A stretch of 64,000 bases of DNA from contig JAJDWE010000020.1 of NCBI GenBank assembly GCA_022825725.1, positions 6,578 to 70,577 on the forward strand, in the 5' to 3' direction. Of this stretch, positions 1 through 9,183 are shown piece by piece. The stretch comes from Gemmatimonadota bacterium (GTDB lineage: Bacteria; Gemmatimonadota; Gemmatimonadetes; Palauibacterales; Palauibacteraceae). Positions within the stretch are counted from its first letter, which is position 1. Every line of letters starts with the position of its first letter. Under the pieces are notes generated by a model that did no database searches, was not told the DNA's origin, and saw only the letters and a program-made list of their open reading frames with translations. A program made the position numbers and the translations under genes.

Positions 1-89
1 GAGCGGAGGCGCCGGACCCAGCCGCGGAGGCGGACCTCGTCCCCGATGCGGGCGGGCAGTTCGCTTATGGTGACGGTGTGTTCGGACAT
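1..89 (-). CDS. N-terminal fragment of a class IIb aminoacyl-tRNA synthetase (Asp/Asn/Lys type, OB-fold anticodon-binding domain). The gene continues beyond the window start.
   Basis: Minus-strand ATG at complement 87-89 opens MSEHTVTISELPARIGDEVRLRGWVRRLR, matching the AspS/AsnS/LysS N-terminal motif (..G.EV.L.GWV.RRR). The frame is open to the window edge. No clear SD, only 29 codons visible, and the six-frame track did not report it. Confidence 0.35.
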   Translation of the reverse strand, partial: MSEHTVTISELPARIGDEVRLRGWVRRLR

Positions 90-153
90 GGCGGCGACAA
101 GTTGCGGCTCCCTTCGGGACGGGGCAAACGCAACTGCCGGGGTGCCGGCCGGG

Positions 154-2241
154 TCAGCCGACGTGGTAGAGGGCCTCCCGCTGGGCGTAGCGGAGATCGA
201 GTTCGTGGCGGAACCGGCGGTGGGCCGGCTTCGAGAGCCCGGGGTCCGCGTCCACGATGGCGCGGGCTCGCCGGCGCGCGGCCTCCAGCAGGTCGACGTC
301 GCGGTCGAGTTGCGCGAACCGGAGGAGCACGGCGCCGTGCTGTTCCTTGCCGAACAGATCGCCCTGGCCGCGGATCCTGAGATCTTCCTCGGCGAGTTCG
401 AAGCCGTCGGTCTTCTTCTCGAAGGCGACGAGCCTCTCCGATGGCGTCTCGGAGGCATGGAAGACGATGCAGTAGGACTGCTCGGCGCCCCTCCCGACGC
501 GTCCCCGCAGCTGGTGGAGCTGCGCGAGGCCGAAACGCTCGGCGTCCTCGATGATCATCACGGTCGCGTTGGGGACGTCGATGCCCACCTCGATGACGGT
601 GGTCGCGACGAGGAGGTTCGTGTCGCCCGCGAGGAAGCTCCGCATCGCCTCATCCTTCTCCGCCGAGGAGAGGCGTCCGTGCAGGAGGCGCACGGCGGCG
701 TCCGGGAAACGGGCCTGGAGTTGCTCGAACATGACCGTCGCGGCGCGGGCCTCGAGGGCCTCGGACTCCTCCACGAGAGGATAGATGACGTACGCCTGGC
801 GGCCCGCCGCGAGCTGGTCGCCGAGGAAGTCGAACGCGGCATCGCGGCTCTCGGGACCGCGCACGGCGGTCCGGATCGGCCGTCGCCCGGGGGGAAGCTC
901 GTCGATGATCGAGAGGTCGAGGTCGCCGTAGAGGACGAGGGCGAGGCTGCGGGGGATCGGCGTCGCGGACATCACGAGCGCGTCGGGCGCCTCGCCGCTC
1001 TCCCGGAGCCGGCGGCGCTGCTCGACGCCGAAGCGGTGCTGTTCGTCGATGACGACGAGTCCCGGGGACGCGAAGTCGACCCCCTCCTGGATCAGGGCGT
1101 GCGTCCCGACGACGAGACGGGCGTCGCCGGCCGCGATCCGCGCCAGCGTTTGCCGCCGCGCCTTCCCCGTGATGGCGCCGGTCAGGAGTTCGGGCTCCAC
1201 GCCGAGCGGGCCGAGCATCTTCACGAAGGTGCGCCGGTGCTGCTCCGCCAGCAGTTCCGTCGGGGCCATGATCGCCGCCTGGCGTCCCGCCTCGATCGCC
1301 TTGAGCATGGCGAGCGCGGCCACGACCGTCTTCCCGCTCCCCACATCGCCCTGCAGCAGACGGTTCATCGGCGCGGGCCGGGCCATGTCCGCCTCGATCT
1401 GTGACCAGGCGCGGCGCTGGGCCGCCGTGAGCTCGAAGGGGAGGGCCTCCAGGAGCGCGCGGGTGAGCGTGGCCGGAGCGTCGAAGGCGATGCCGCGCAC
1501 TTCGTTGCGGAGGCGGGCCCGGGCCCGCGCGTGGAGAAGCTGGAGAAAGAAGAGTTCCTCGAAGGCGAGGCGCCGCTGGCAGCGTCCGACCTGGGCGACG
1601 GCGGACGGGCCGTGCAGGGTGCGAAGGGCCTCCGCGAGCGGGGGGAGGGCGAGTTCTTCGAGCCAGCCGCCCGGAATCGGGTCGTCGTCTCCGAGGTCGG
1701 AGAGGAGACGGGAGAGGTTCAGTTCGATGACGGCGCGGATCTGCCGGTGCGTGAGCCCTTCGGTGGCGGGGTAGACGGGGAACACCCGCCCCCCGGAGGG
1801 ACGTTCGCCTCTCTCGTCGGAGGCGCGGGCCAGCACGGTGTGTTCGCGCGGCTGGAGTTGTTTGCCGTGGTAGAAGCGCACGGGTCCGGCGGCGAGCAGC
1901 AGGTCGCCCTTGTCGATCGTGCGGTCGAGCCACGGGCGTCCCGGCCAGGCGCATTCGATGTGGCCGGTCACGTCCCGGAGCACGGCCCGGAAGACGCGCA
2001 GCCGGCGCCGCGTGGGGATGACGCCCTTCGAGACCACGCGCCCGATGACCGTCGCATCCTGACCGACCTTCAACTCGGAGATCGCATCGACCGTGGTCGC
2101 GTCCTCGTACCGGTACGGGAGGTGGTAGAGGAGGTCCTGCCCCGTGTGAACGTCGATCTTCGCGAAGCGCTCCGCCCGCCGGGGGCCCACGCCCTTCAAG
2201 TACTGCACGGATCCCCGCAGGATGGAGCGCCCGGCCGTCAC
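154..2241 (-). CDS. recG: ATP-dependent DNA helicase RecG
   Basis: 695 aa. Wedge domain, Walker A GSGKTVVA, DEQH box (VIDEQHRFGV) and helicase C motifs (QLHQLRGRVGRG). Length is typical for RecG. Confidence 0.93.
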   Translation of the reverse strand: MTAGRSILRGSVQYLKGVGPRRAERFAKIDVHTGQDLLYHLPYRYEDATTVDAISELKVGQDATVIGRVVSKGVIPTRRRLRVFRAVLRDVTGHIECAWPGRPWLDRTIDKGDLLLAAGPVRFYHGKQLQPREHTVLARASDERGERPSGGRVFPVYPATEGLTHRQIRAVIELNLSRLLSDLGDDDPIPGGWLEELALPPLAEALRTLHGPSAVAQVGRCQRRLAFEELFFLQLLHARARARLRNEVRGIAFDAPATLTRALLEALPFELTAAQRRAWSQIEADMARPAPMNRLLQGDVGSGKTVVAALAMLKAIEAGRQAAIMAPTELLAEQHRRTFVKMLGPLGVEPELLTGAITGKARRQTLARIAAGDARLVVGTHALIQEGVDFASPGLVVIDEQHRFGVEQRRRLRESGEAPDALVMSATPIPRSLALVLYGDLDLSIIDELPPGRRPIRTAVRGPESRDAAFDFLGDQLAAGRQAYVIYPLVEESEALEARAATVMFEQLQARFPDAAVRLLHGRLSSAEKDEAMRSFLAGDTNLLVATTVIEVGIDVPNATVMIIEDAERFGLAQLHQLRGRVGRGAEQSYCIVFHASETPSERLVAFEKKTDGFELAEEDLRIRGQGDLFGKEQHGAVLLRFAQLDRDVDLLEAARRRARAIVDADPGLSKPAHRRFRHELDLRYAQREALYHVG

Positions 2242-2245
2242 GCGA

Positions 2246-3187
2246 TCACGGCTCCGGTGCGAGGATCTTGTCGAGGTACCGGTCGGGCGAGAACTCCTCG
2301 AGGTCCTCCGGGGACTCCCCGACGCCGAGGAAGCGGACGGGGACGGAAAGTTCGCGCACGACGGAGACGACGGTGCCGGCGCGCGCCGTGCTGTCGAACT
2401 TCGCGAGCACGAGGCCCGTGAGATCGAGCGACGCCCCGAACTGTCGCGCCTGGTTCATCACGTTCTGCCCGGAGGTGGCGTCGACGACCAGCAGCCGCTC
2501 GTACGGCGCGCCCTCCACCTGTCGGCAGAGCACTCGATCGATCTTGACCAGTTCGCGCATCAGATCGTCCTGCGTGTGGAGCCGGCCGGCCGTGTCGACC
2601 AGCACCCAGGCGGCATCCCGCGCGCGCGCCGCCGCCACCGCGTCAAACGCCACGGAGGCCGGGTCCGCTCCGGGCGTTCCCCCGACGAAATCGGTCTGCA
2701 GCCGTTCCGCCCACGCCCGGAGCTGCTCCTGCGCCCCGGCCCGGAAGGTATCCGCCGCCGCGAGCAGCACGCGGCCGCCCCCGGCCTGCAGGCGCGCGGC
2801 CAGCTTCGCCGCGGTCGTCGTCTTCCCCACGCCGTTCACGCCCACGAGAAGGAGGACCCCTGGCGCCCCGCCGCGCGGCAGCGAGTCGGCGGACAGCCCG
2901 CCGGCGGGCGGCTCGGCGGCGGCGAGCGTCTCGGCGAGCCGGGCCCTCAGCGTATCGCGCAGGTCGCTCTCCGTCGCGATCGCGCCGCGGCTCGCCGCCC
3001 GCTCGAGCGCCTCGACGAGTTCGAGCGTGATGTCGACCCCGAAGTCCGCTTCGAGCAGGACTTCCTCCAGGCGCTCGATGGCGGCGCCGTCGAGCCCGCC
3101 GTCGACGAGCGTGTTCACGTCCGTGAGCGCGAAGTCGACGATCCGCCGCCACAGGCCGCGTTTCGGGCGGCGGAGAGTTCCGGTCAC
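2246..3187 (-). CDS. ftsY: Signal recognition particle receptor FtsY (short form, NG domain only)
   Basis: SRP GTPase motifs GVNGVGKTTT, DTFRAGA, DTAGR and TKFD-like (AKFDSTARAG). The N-terminus LRRPKRGLWRRIVDFALTD aligns with the start of the FtsY N domain. Start placed at GTG about 3187, just after the stop of the upstream gene (3201). The track's longer ATG start (3529) would overlap the upstream gene by more than 300 nt. Start uncertain (no SD). Confidence 0.85.
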   Translation of the reverse strand: MTGTLRRPKRGLWRRIVDFALTDVNTLVDGGLDGAAIERLEEVLLEADFGVDITLELVEALERAASRGAIATESDLRDTLRARLAETLAAAEPPAGGLSADSLPRGGAPGVLLLVGVNGVGKTTTAAKLAARLQAGGGRVLLAAADTFRAGAQEQLRAWAERLQTDFVGGTPGADPASVAFDAVAAARARDAAWVLVDTAGRLHTQDDLMRELVKIDRVLCRQVEGAPYERLLVVDATSGQNVMNQARQFGASLDLTGLVLAKFDSTARAGTVVSVVRELSVPVRFLGVGESPEDLEEFSPDRYLDKILAPEP

Positions 3188-3200
3188 CGGAGGATTTCGG

Positions 3201-5171
3201 TCACCGGAGTCCGATCCGGTGCCGCCACACCCACTCCCCGCACAGGAGCAGGACGGCGAGGAGGAGCGGCCACACGGGCCGGGGCGACCGGACGTCGACC
3301 GGCGCGCGGGGAGAGGGCTGCGCGCCGATGGCGAGCGGTTCGGAGGGCGGGCCGGGGAGAAACTCGCGGGGATCGGGCTCGACGTCGACCGGGCGGCCGA
3401 GCTCGACGAGACCATCGGGGCCGGTCGCCGCCACGAGCGCTTCGTAGCGGCCCGGCGGGAGACCGGGACCGACGATCTCGGCGGGAGGATCCGCGATGGA
3501 CTCGCTCCACACCTCCGTGCCCGTGTCATCGATCAGCCGGATCGTGAGGTCCGTAGATCCGGGACGGATGCGCCACACCTGCGGCTCGCCGGGGGCCGGC
3601 GTCCGCACGAGCGAGGCGAGCCGGGGGGTCGCGTCTTCGACGAGCCAGCCGACGATGCCGCTGAACACACCCTCGTAGACGCTGCGCGGCTCGTCCCCCC
3701 GCAGCGACCAGCGCCACCAGTCGGCGGCCGCGGAGAGCGCCCACCGGCGCGTCCCGTCCTCGTCCGCCGTCAGGAGCGGCCTTCCCTCTCCGCGCCGGTT
3801 CCGGCTCCCGTTGATCACGGACCATCTCCCCGCGGGCTCGACGGCGTAGAGTTCGCGGACCGGAGGCAGGAGATCCAGATCGGCCTCGGCGAGGAGCGCC
3901 GCCGAAGGGCTCGCAGGCACCGGTCCGGCAGGGTACCACTCCCCGGGCAGGGGACCCGTCACGCGCGCCCCCACTCCCGGCACGTCACCCGGCCCCCCCG
4001 TGAAGAAGAGCGTCCGCGCGTGAGCCCGCAGCGCGCCGGCCAGCCACGGCGGCAGATCCTCCGGCGAGGCCTGCACGGCAAGCAGTCGGGCGCCCTGTAC
4101 CGCTTCGCGTACCCGCGATGCCTCGACGATGCGGGGAGCGGCGCCCATCTCGAGAAAACGGCCATCCGCAAGGCGCAGGTAGCCGCGCGCTCCGCCCAGG
4201 ACGAGCCGGTCGAGGGCGGGGACGAGAAAACGCGCCTCCCAGTCGGGGGCCAGCGACACGAGCACGGCCCCGGCGGAGGATTCCGAGACTTCGATCCACG
4301 CGCCCGTCCGGCCGGAGACGCCGAAGGGATCCGGCGGATCGACGAGCACGGCTTCATAGCGCCGCCAGGCGGACTCGGCGCCTTCGTCCCGCGGCACGAA
4401 GGTGATCTGGGCACGACCCGTCCGCCCGGCAGCCGGGCGGGACGCACGCACGGCTGCAACGACCGTGCCGTCGCGCTCGATCTGGAAGCTCACGCTGTCG
4501 GGCAATCCGCCCCCGCCGCCCGCTTCACCGCCGCCCGATCCCCCCCCGGCGTGGAACTCGAGCGTGGCGCGGACGGTATCGCCGGCTCGGGCCCGCTCCG
4601 GTGCCTGCAGCGCCGCGAGCGCCACCCGGGGCTCCATCGCGGCGACCCGGAGTTCAAGTACCCCGAGGCCCAGCCCCGTGGCCGTCTCGCGAGCCGCGTC
4701 ACGATCCGTCAACTCGCCGTCTGTGAGCACCCACACGCTGTCGGCTCCGCCCAGGCGCGCGGCCTGCAGGGCCGGTTCGAGCCGGCTCGCGTCGTGCGTC
4801 GCTCCGAGCGTGTCCAGCGAATCGAGCCGGGCGGGGACGGGGCCGTCGCCGAACAGGTAGATCCGATCCGGGGCGAGTTCGGGAAGCAGCGCCAGGGCCG
4901 AGTCGAGCCGCGTCGCCCCGCCGGCGTCTCCGGCGCGGACCGGGAGCGTCATGCTGCGCGAGACGTCGAGAAGCACGACGCGTTCGGGCATCCCGACACC
5001 GCTGCCGCGCAACGCGGGCAGGGCGAGCGCGCCCAGAATCAGGAAGACGGCCACCGCCCGGACGGCGGCGGGACCGGTGCGCCCCGCGACACGTTCCTCA
5101 CGCGTGCCATAGGCCCAGCCGGCGAGTGCGACTGCGCCAAGCGCGACGAGAAGCCAGAGGCCGGGGCTCAA
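3201..5171 (-). CDS. vWA-domain membrane protein with N-terminal double-TM (BatA-like) region and C-terminal TM anchor
   Basis: 656 aa. Two N-terminal hydrophobic helices. MIDAS-like DxSxS motif (LLDVSRSM) followed by a vWA-like fold, then a long Pro/Gly-rich region and a C-terminal hydrophobic helix (WPLLLAVLLLCGEWVW). TTG start overlaps the stop of the upstream M23 gene (TTGA). Confidence 0.6.
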   Translation of the reverse strand: MSPGLWLLVALGAVALAGWAYGTREERVAGRTGPAAVRAVAVFLILGALALPALRGSGVGMPERVVLLDVSRSMTLPVRAGDAGGATRLDSALALLPELAPDRIYLFGDGPVPARLDSLDTLGATHDASRLEPALQAARLGGADSVWVLTDGELTDRDAARETATGLGLGVLELRVAAMEPRVALAALQAPERARAGDTVRATLEFHAGGGSGGGEAGGGGGLPDSVSFQIERDGTVVAAVRASRPAAGRTGRAQITFVPRDEGAESAWRRYEAVLVDPPDPFGVSGRTGAWIEVSESSAGAVLVSLAPDWEARFLVPALDRLVLGGARGYLRLADGRFLEMGAAPRIVEASRVREAVQGARLLAVQASPEDLPPWLAGALRAHARTLFFTGGPGDVPGVGARVTGPLPGEWYPAGPVPASPSAALLAEADLDLLPPVRELYAVEPAGRWSVINGSRNRRGEGRPLLTADEDGTRRWALSAAADWWRWSLRGDEPRSVYEGVFSGIVGWLVEDATPRLASLVRTPAPGEPQVWRIRPGSTDLTIRLIDDTGTEVWSESIADPPAEIVGPGLPPGRYEALVAATGPDGLVELGRPVDVEPDPREFLPGPPSEPLAIGAQPSPRAPVDVRSPRPVWPLLLAVLLLCGEWVWRHRIGLR

Positions 5172-6451
5172 TCCTGTGTGCGGCGAGCGCGCTGCGTGGG
5201 ATGGATGGGCATCGGAAGGCTTCGCAGCCGCGCGAGCACGGCGTGCTGAACGGTGTCAAACCGCTCGCGCAGTTCCGCGGGGATCGGCTCGGCCCTTGGC
5301 AACTGCAGACGGGCCGGGTTCACCTGCGCGCCATTCCGGAGAAACTCGTAGTGAAGGTGAGGCGCGGTCGCGAGACCGGTGTCGCCCACATATCCGATGA
5401 CCTGCCCCTGTTCCACCTGGGTCCCGGCCGCGACGCCGCGCGCGACGTTGGCCAGGTGCGCGTATCGGGTGCGGATGTCGTTCGCGTGACGAATCTCGAC
5501 AGCGTTCCCGTAGTTGCCCCACCACCCCGCCCGCGTCACGCGTCCCGCTCCCGTCGCGCGCACGGGCGTGCCTCTCGCCGCCCCGTAGTCGACGCCGAGA
5601 TGCGGTCGGGTACGCCGGAGCACCGGGTGGAACCGCCTGAGGTTGTAGCCGCTCGTCACACGGACGATGTCCAGGGGCGCGAGCAGGAACTGGCCCCGGA
5701 GAGCTTCGCCCGCTTCGTCGTAGTACTCCTCGCGCTCGGCCGCGGCATGCTCGAATCGCACGCCCGTGAGGACCCGCCGGTCGTTCCGGAAGTCCGCGGC
5801 GAGCACCGTGGCGTCGCGCACGGATCCGTCCGGCCGCACCTCTCGCTCGATGAGAAGCCGGAAGGCATCATTCCGGCGCAGGTCCCGCCAGAAGTCGATC
5901 TGCCAGGCGAAGACCTGCGAGATGCGGTACGCCACATCGAAGCGTTCCCCGTCGCCGAGCGCCTCCACGTCCCCCGACATCTCCGCGTCGAACAGGTTCG
6001 TCTGGATGAGACCCGCGAGGAGAAGCGTGTCTCGTACGACCTGCACCGAGTCCAGCCGGGCCGACCACAAGGGCGCGGCCCCGTCGCCGGACCACAGGTG
6101 GAGGATGCGGTCGGGGTCGAGGTGGACGCGGATGCGTGCCGGAGACTCCCCGGGTCTGCTCACGAAGTGAATCGCGACGCCGGGCCGCAGCCGGCGCGGA
6201 CTCTCGAATTCGCCCATCGCCTCCGCGATGGCGTGCGTCGCTGCGGGGCTCAGGCCATGGTCGTCGAACACATCGCCCAGGGTCTCGCCCCGCTGCAGAC
6301 GATGCACCAGCGTGACGGGCGCAGGTGGCGTCGGCACTTCGACGACCTTGACCTCCTCCGTCTGCCCGGCCCGGGGGCCAAACGCGGCCCAACCGACGAC
6401 CAGGACCCCCGCGAGGGCGAATCCAACCGCAGCAGCAAGTCTTGTTCTCAA
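5168..6451 (-). CDS. M23 family metallopeptidase (LytM/EnvC/NlpD-like murein endopeptidase), N-terminal membrane anchor
   Basis: 427 aa. The C-terminal LytM domain carries HxxxD (HLGVDYGAARGTPV), NYGNAVEI and HLHYE zinc-ligand motifs. N-terminal TM or signal (AAAVGFALAGVLVVGWAAF). Starts 6 nt after the ftsZ stop. Confidence 0.85.
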   Translation of the reverse strand: MRTRLAAAVGFALAGVLVVGWAAFGPRAGQTEEVKVVEVPTPPAPVTLVHRLQRGETLGDVFDDHGLSPAATHAIAEAMGEFESPRRLRPGVAIHFVSRPGESPARIRVHLDPDRILHLWSGDGAAPLWSARLDSVQVVRDTLLLAGLIQTNLFDAEMSGDVEALGDGERFDVAYRISQVFAWQIDFWRDLRRNDAFRLLIEREVRPDGSVRDATVLAADFRNDRRVLTGVRFEHAAAEREEYYDEAGEALRGQFLLAPLDIVRVTSGYNLRRFHPVLRRTRPHLGVDYGAARGTPVRATGAGRVTRAGWWGNYGNAVEIRHANDIRTRYAHLANVARGVAAGTQVEQGQVIGYVGDTGLATAPHLHYEFLRNGAQVNPARLQLPRAEPIPAELRERFDTVQHAVLARLRSLPMPIHPTQRARRTQD

Positions 6452-6457
6452 GCGCGC

Positions 6458-7939
6458 TCAGTCCATCTGTCGCCGAATGAATGTCGGGATCTCGAGATCC
6501 TCGAACTCGACGCGGGTATCGGTCCACGCGTCGCGGTCCGGTACTTCGGGCTCCACCTCGGCCGTCACTTCCTCCGCGGCCGGGTCCGGTGTCGCCGGTT
6601 CGGCTTCGTACCCCATGCCTTCGGGCATCGATCCCTCGGACACCGGCCCCTCGAGCGCAGGCTCCGGCTCCGCCTCGGACTCCGGTTTCGGCTCGGGTTC
6701 GGTCGCGGCGTCGGCCGTCGGCTCGAATACGGATCCGACCGCCGGCTCCCCCGCCGGCTCCTCGGCCGCGAGCGCCTCGAACGCGATGCCCGCCTGTTTC
6801 ACCTCCACGGGGGCTTCGACGGGCTTGGACTCCGGTTGCGTCGGCGGCGCCGAGCGATCGTCGAACACATTCGGACGCTCGTACTTCGAGCCGATGACCA
6901 CCGGGGTCGCGGGAGACCGGGGCGACGGCTTGCGCGCGGAGATCACCCGCTCCGCCACCGGCGCCGGCTCGTCCTCCACCATATCTCCGAAGCCCGTCGC
7001 AATCACCGTCACGCGGAGCTTGCCCTCGAGCTGGGGATCGTGCACGACTCCGAAGATCATCTCGCCTTCGTCGCCCGCAGCCTCCTGAATGATCGAGTTG
7101 ATCGTCGTGACCTCATCGATCGTCAGATCGGGACCGCCACTGATGTTGATGAGGACGCCCGTGGCGCCGTTGATGGATACGTTGTCGAGGAGGGGCGAGC
7201 AAATGGCCTGCTGCGCCGCCTCCACCGCGCGGTCCTCGCCCGTTGCGCTGCCGGTTCCCATGAGGGCGGCGCCGCGGTTCGACATCACCGTACGGACGTC
7301 CGCGAAGTCCACGTTCACTTCGCCGGTCACGGAGATCAGGTCGGAGATCCCCTGGGTCGCCTGGAGGAGCACCTCGTCCGCCTTCTTGAGCGCCTGGCGG
7401 AAGGTCATCTCCTTTCCCACGACGGCAAGCAGACGCTCGTTCGGCACGACGATCATCGTGTCCACCGCGCGCCGAAGCTCCCGCAGCCCGATCTCGGCGT
7501 GCCGCATCCGCTTCTTGCCCTCGAAATGGAAGGGGCGGGTCACGATCGCGATGCAGAGCGACCCCATTTCCCGCGCCATGCCGCCGATGATCGGGGCCGC
7601 GCCCGTGCCTGTCCCTCCGCCCATCCCCGCCGTGACGAAGACGAGGTCCGCACCCGCGATCACCGATCGTATCTCCTCGGAGCTCTCGGAAATCGCCTGC
7701 CGCCCGATCTCGGGACGGGCGCCGGCCCCCAGGCCTCGCGTGAGTTCCTTCCCGATCTGGACTCTGAGGTGGGCGCCGGATTCCTTCAACGCCTGGGCGT
7801 CGGTGTTGACCGCGATGAACTCCACGCCCTCGAGTTCCTCGTCGATCATGCGATTGACGGCATTGCCGCCGGCGCCACCCACGCCGACGACCTTCATTTT
7901 TGCGTTACGCACGCCGTTCTCGTCGAATGCGAAGACCAT
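6458..7939 (-). CDS. ftsZ: Cell division GTPase FtsZ, with a roughly 170-aa disordered C-terminal linker
   Basis: Tubulin signature GGGTGTG, N-terminus [14 protein letters not shown]7 loop, and a C-terminal conserved peptide [11 protein letters not shown]. Start chosen at ATG 7939 (MVFAFDENG), preceded by GGGAGGGAGGGGAG 6 nt upstream. The track's start at 7978 would overlap ftsA. Confidence 0.93.
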   Translation of the reverse strand: MVFAFDENGVRNAKMKVVGVGGAGGNAVNRMIDEELEGVEFIAVNTDAQALKESGAHLRVQIGKELTRGLGAGARPEIGRQAISESSEEIRSVIAGADLVFVTAGMGGGTGTGAAPIIGGMAREMGSLCIAIVTRPFHFEGKKRMRHAEIGLRELRRAVDTMIVVPNERLLAVVGKEMTFRQALKKADEVLLQATQGISDLISVTGEVNVDFADVRTVMSNRGAALMGTGSATGEDRAVEAAQQAICSPLLDNVSINGATGVLINISGGPDLTIDEVTTINSIIQEAAGDEGEMIFGVVHDPQLEGKLRVTVIATGFGDMVEDEPAPVAERVISARKPSPRSPATPVVIGSKYERPNVFDDRSAPPTQPESKPVEAPVEVKQAGIAFEALAAEEPAGEPAVGSVFEPTADAATEPEPKPESEAEPEPALEGPVSEGSMPEGMGYEAEPATPDPAAEEVTAEVEPEVPDRDAWTDTRVEFEDLEIPTFIRRQMD

Positions 7940-7956
7940 ATCTCCCCTCCCTCCCA

Positions 7957-9183
7957 TCAGAAAAACTCCCGTAGCCACCCACCGACTATTGCGAACGCGC
8001 GGGTCGCTCCCACCAACCCTCCGGCCGAGGCCCGCGATGCGCCGTACAGCGCCAGTCCCGCGGCGGTGCTGTACGACGGGCGCGCGACGCCCTCCGCCAT
8101 GCCCGCGAGACCGAGCGAAGGAATACCGGTGCGAACGGGCCGGTTGAAGACGGAACGGGCCAGGTCTTCCGTGTGAGCGAGCGAGACCCCGCCGCCGCTC
8201 AACACGATCCCCGCCTCGAGTCCGCCCAGCGTTCCGCTCGTCTCCAGCTCCTCGTATACCAGACCCAGGATTTCGTCCAGACGTTGTTCGATAATGTGCA
8301 GCAGCAGCTCGCGCGACACACGTCGAGCGCGTCCGTGGCGAGCCCCCGAGACGTCGAGCAGTTCCTGCGAATCGGCCCGGTCGCGCAGCGCTCCGCCGTG
8401 TCGCTCCTTGAGTTGCGCGGCTTCGTCTTCGTGCACGCCGAGGCCGCGAGCAATGTCCCGCGTCACGATCGATCCGCCCCAGGGCAGCGTCGCCGCGTGA
8501 AGGAGGCGGTGTCCTCCGTACACGAGCACGTCCGTCGTTGCGCCCCCGACCTCGACCAGGGCCACGCCGGCCTCGCGCTCGCCATCCTCAAGCACGGCGA
8601 GCGCCGTGGCAAGCGGCGCCATGACCAATTCGTCCGGCCGGTACCCCGCGCGGTCGACGACTCTCGAGATGTCGTGGCAGATCGCCACGTCCGCCGTCAC
8701 GATGCAGAGGTCCGCCTCGAGACGGGTGCCGGCCATGCCGACGGGATCCCGGATCCCGTCACGATGGTCGACGGTGTACTGCTGGGACAGGGCGTGTATC
8801 AACTCGTGGCCGGGCGGGATCGGAACGGCCCGGCCCACCTCCTGCACGCGCTTGACGTCGGCGGGCGTGATCTCCGAGCCGGAGACCTGAAGCACGCCCT
8901 TCGATCGGGACGTCCGGACGCTCCCGCTCGGCACGCTCACGTAGGCGGCTTCGACTTCGCGGCCGGCCGTGGCTTCCGCCTGTCTGACGGCCGTGCGAAC
9001 GGCCCGGGTCGCCGCGTCGATGTTCCCGATGTCCGGGCCGTTCATGCCGTCGGAACGCGTGACGCCGAGGCCGAGAATCTCGAGCGGGTCGGTGGGCTGG
9101 CGACCCGGATGCACCGCAGCGACGACCGCACAGGTTTTGGTCGACCCCACATCCACCCCGACAATGCCCGCCCCCTGAATCAT
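7957..9183 (-). CDS. ftsA: Cell division protein FtsA (actin-like ATPase)
   Basis: 408 aa. N-terminal phosphate-1 motif [13 protein letters not shown] and the actin/Hsp70 fold pattern. Lies between ftsQ and ftsZ. ATG at 9183 overlaps the ftsQ stop by 4 nt. Confidence 0.92.
   Translation of the reverse strand: MIQGAGIVGVDVGSTKTCAVVAAVHPGRQPTDPLEILGLGVTRSDGMNGPDIGNIDAATRAVRTAVRQAEATAGREVEAAYVSVPSGSVRTSRSKGVLQVSGSEITPADVKRVQEVGRAVPIPPGHELIHALSQQYTVDHRDGIRDPVGMAGTRLEADLCIVTADVAICHDISRVVDRAGYRPDELVMAPLATALAVLEDGEREAGVALVEVGGATTDVLVYGGHRLLHAATLPWGGSIVTRDIARGLGVHEDEAAQLKERHGGALRDRADSQELLDVSGARHGRARRVSRELLLHIIEQRLDEILGLVYEELETSGTLGGLEAGIVLSGGGVSLAHTEDLARSVFNRPVRTGIPSLGLAGMAEGVARPSYSTAAGLALYGASRASAGGLVGATRAFAIVGGWLREFF

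Noticed and set aside
90-153. Possible recG terminator or hairpin (CTCCC-TTCG-GGGAC-like) at the window start
   Set aside because: The stem has mismatches and no U tract. The region is also the 5' UTR of the partial aaRS gene. Not supportable.
46-1404. 452-aa plus-strand ORF, plus the other long ORFs antisense or out of frame to recG (78-380 plus, 257-475 plus, 551-784 plus, 650-1954 minus, 1049-1774 plus, 1531-2421 plus)
   Set aside because: The translations are Arg/Ala/Pro/Gly-rich low-complexity sequence with no recognisable domains. They lie entirely inside the well-supported recG gene in other frames. These are typical shadow ORFs of a roughly 70% GC genome.
2268-5249. 993-aa plus-strand ORF across ftsY and the vWA gene, and similar giant plus-strand ORFs (5126-8176, 19511-22726, 41557-44652, 48096-51077, 57512-59137, 59138-60769)
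   Set aside because: They overlap well-supported minus-strand genes (ftsY, ftsZ/ftsA, ftsI, ileS, ftsH, lepB, aldh) on the opposite strand. Their composition is dominated by R, A, G and P with no motifs. This is the GC-driven lack of stop codons, not genes.
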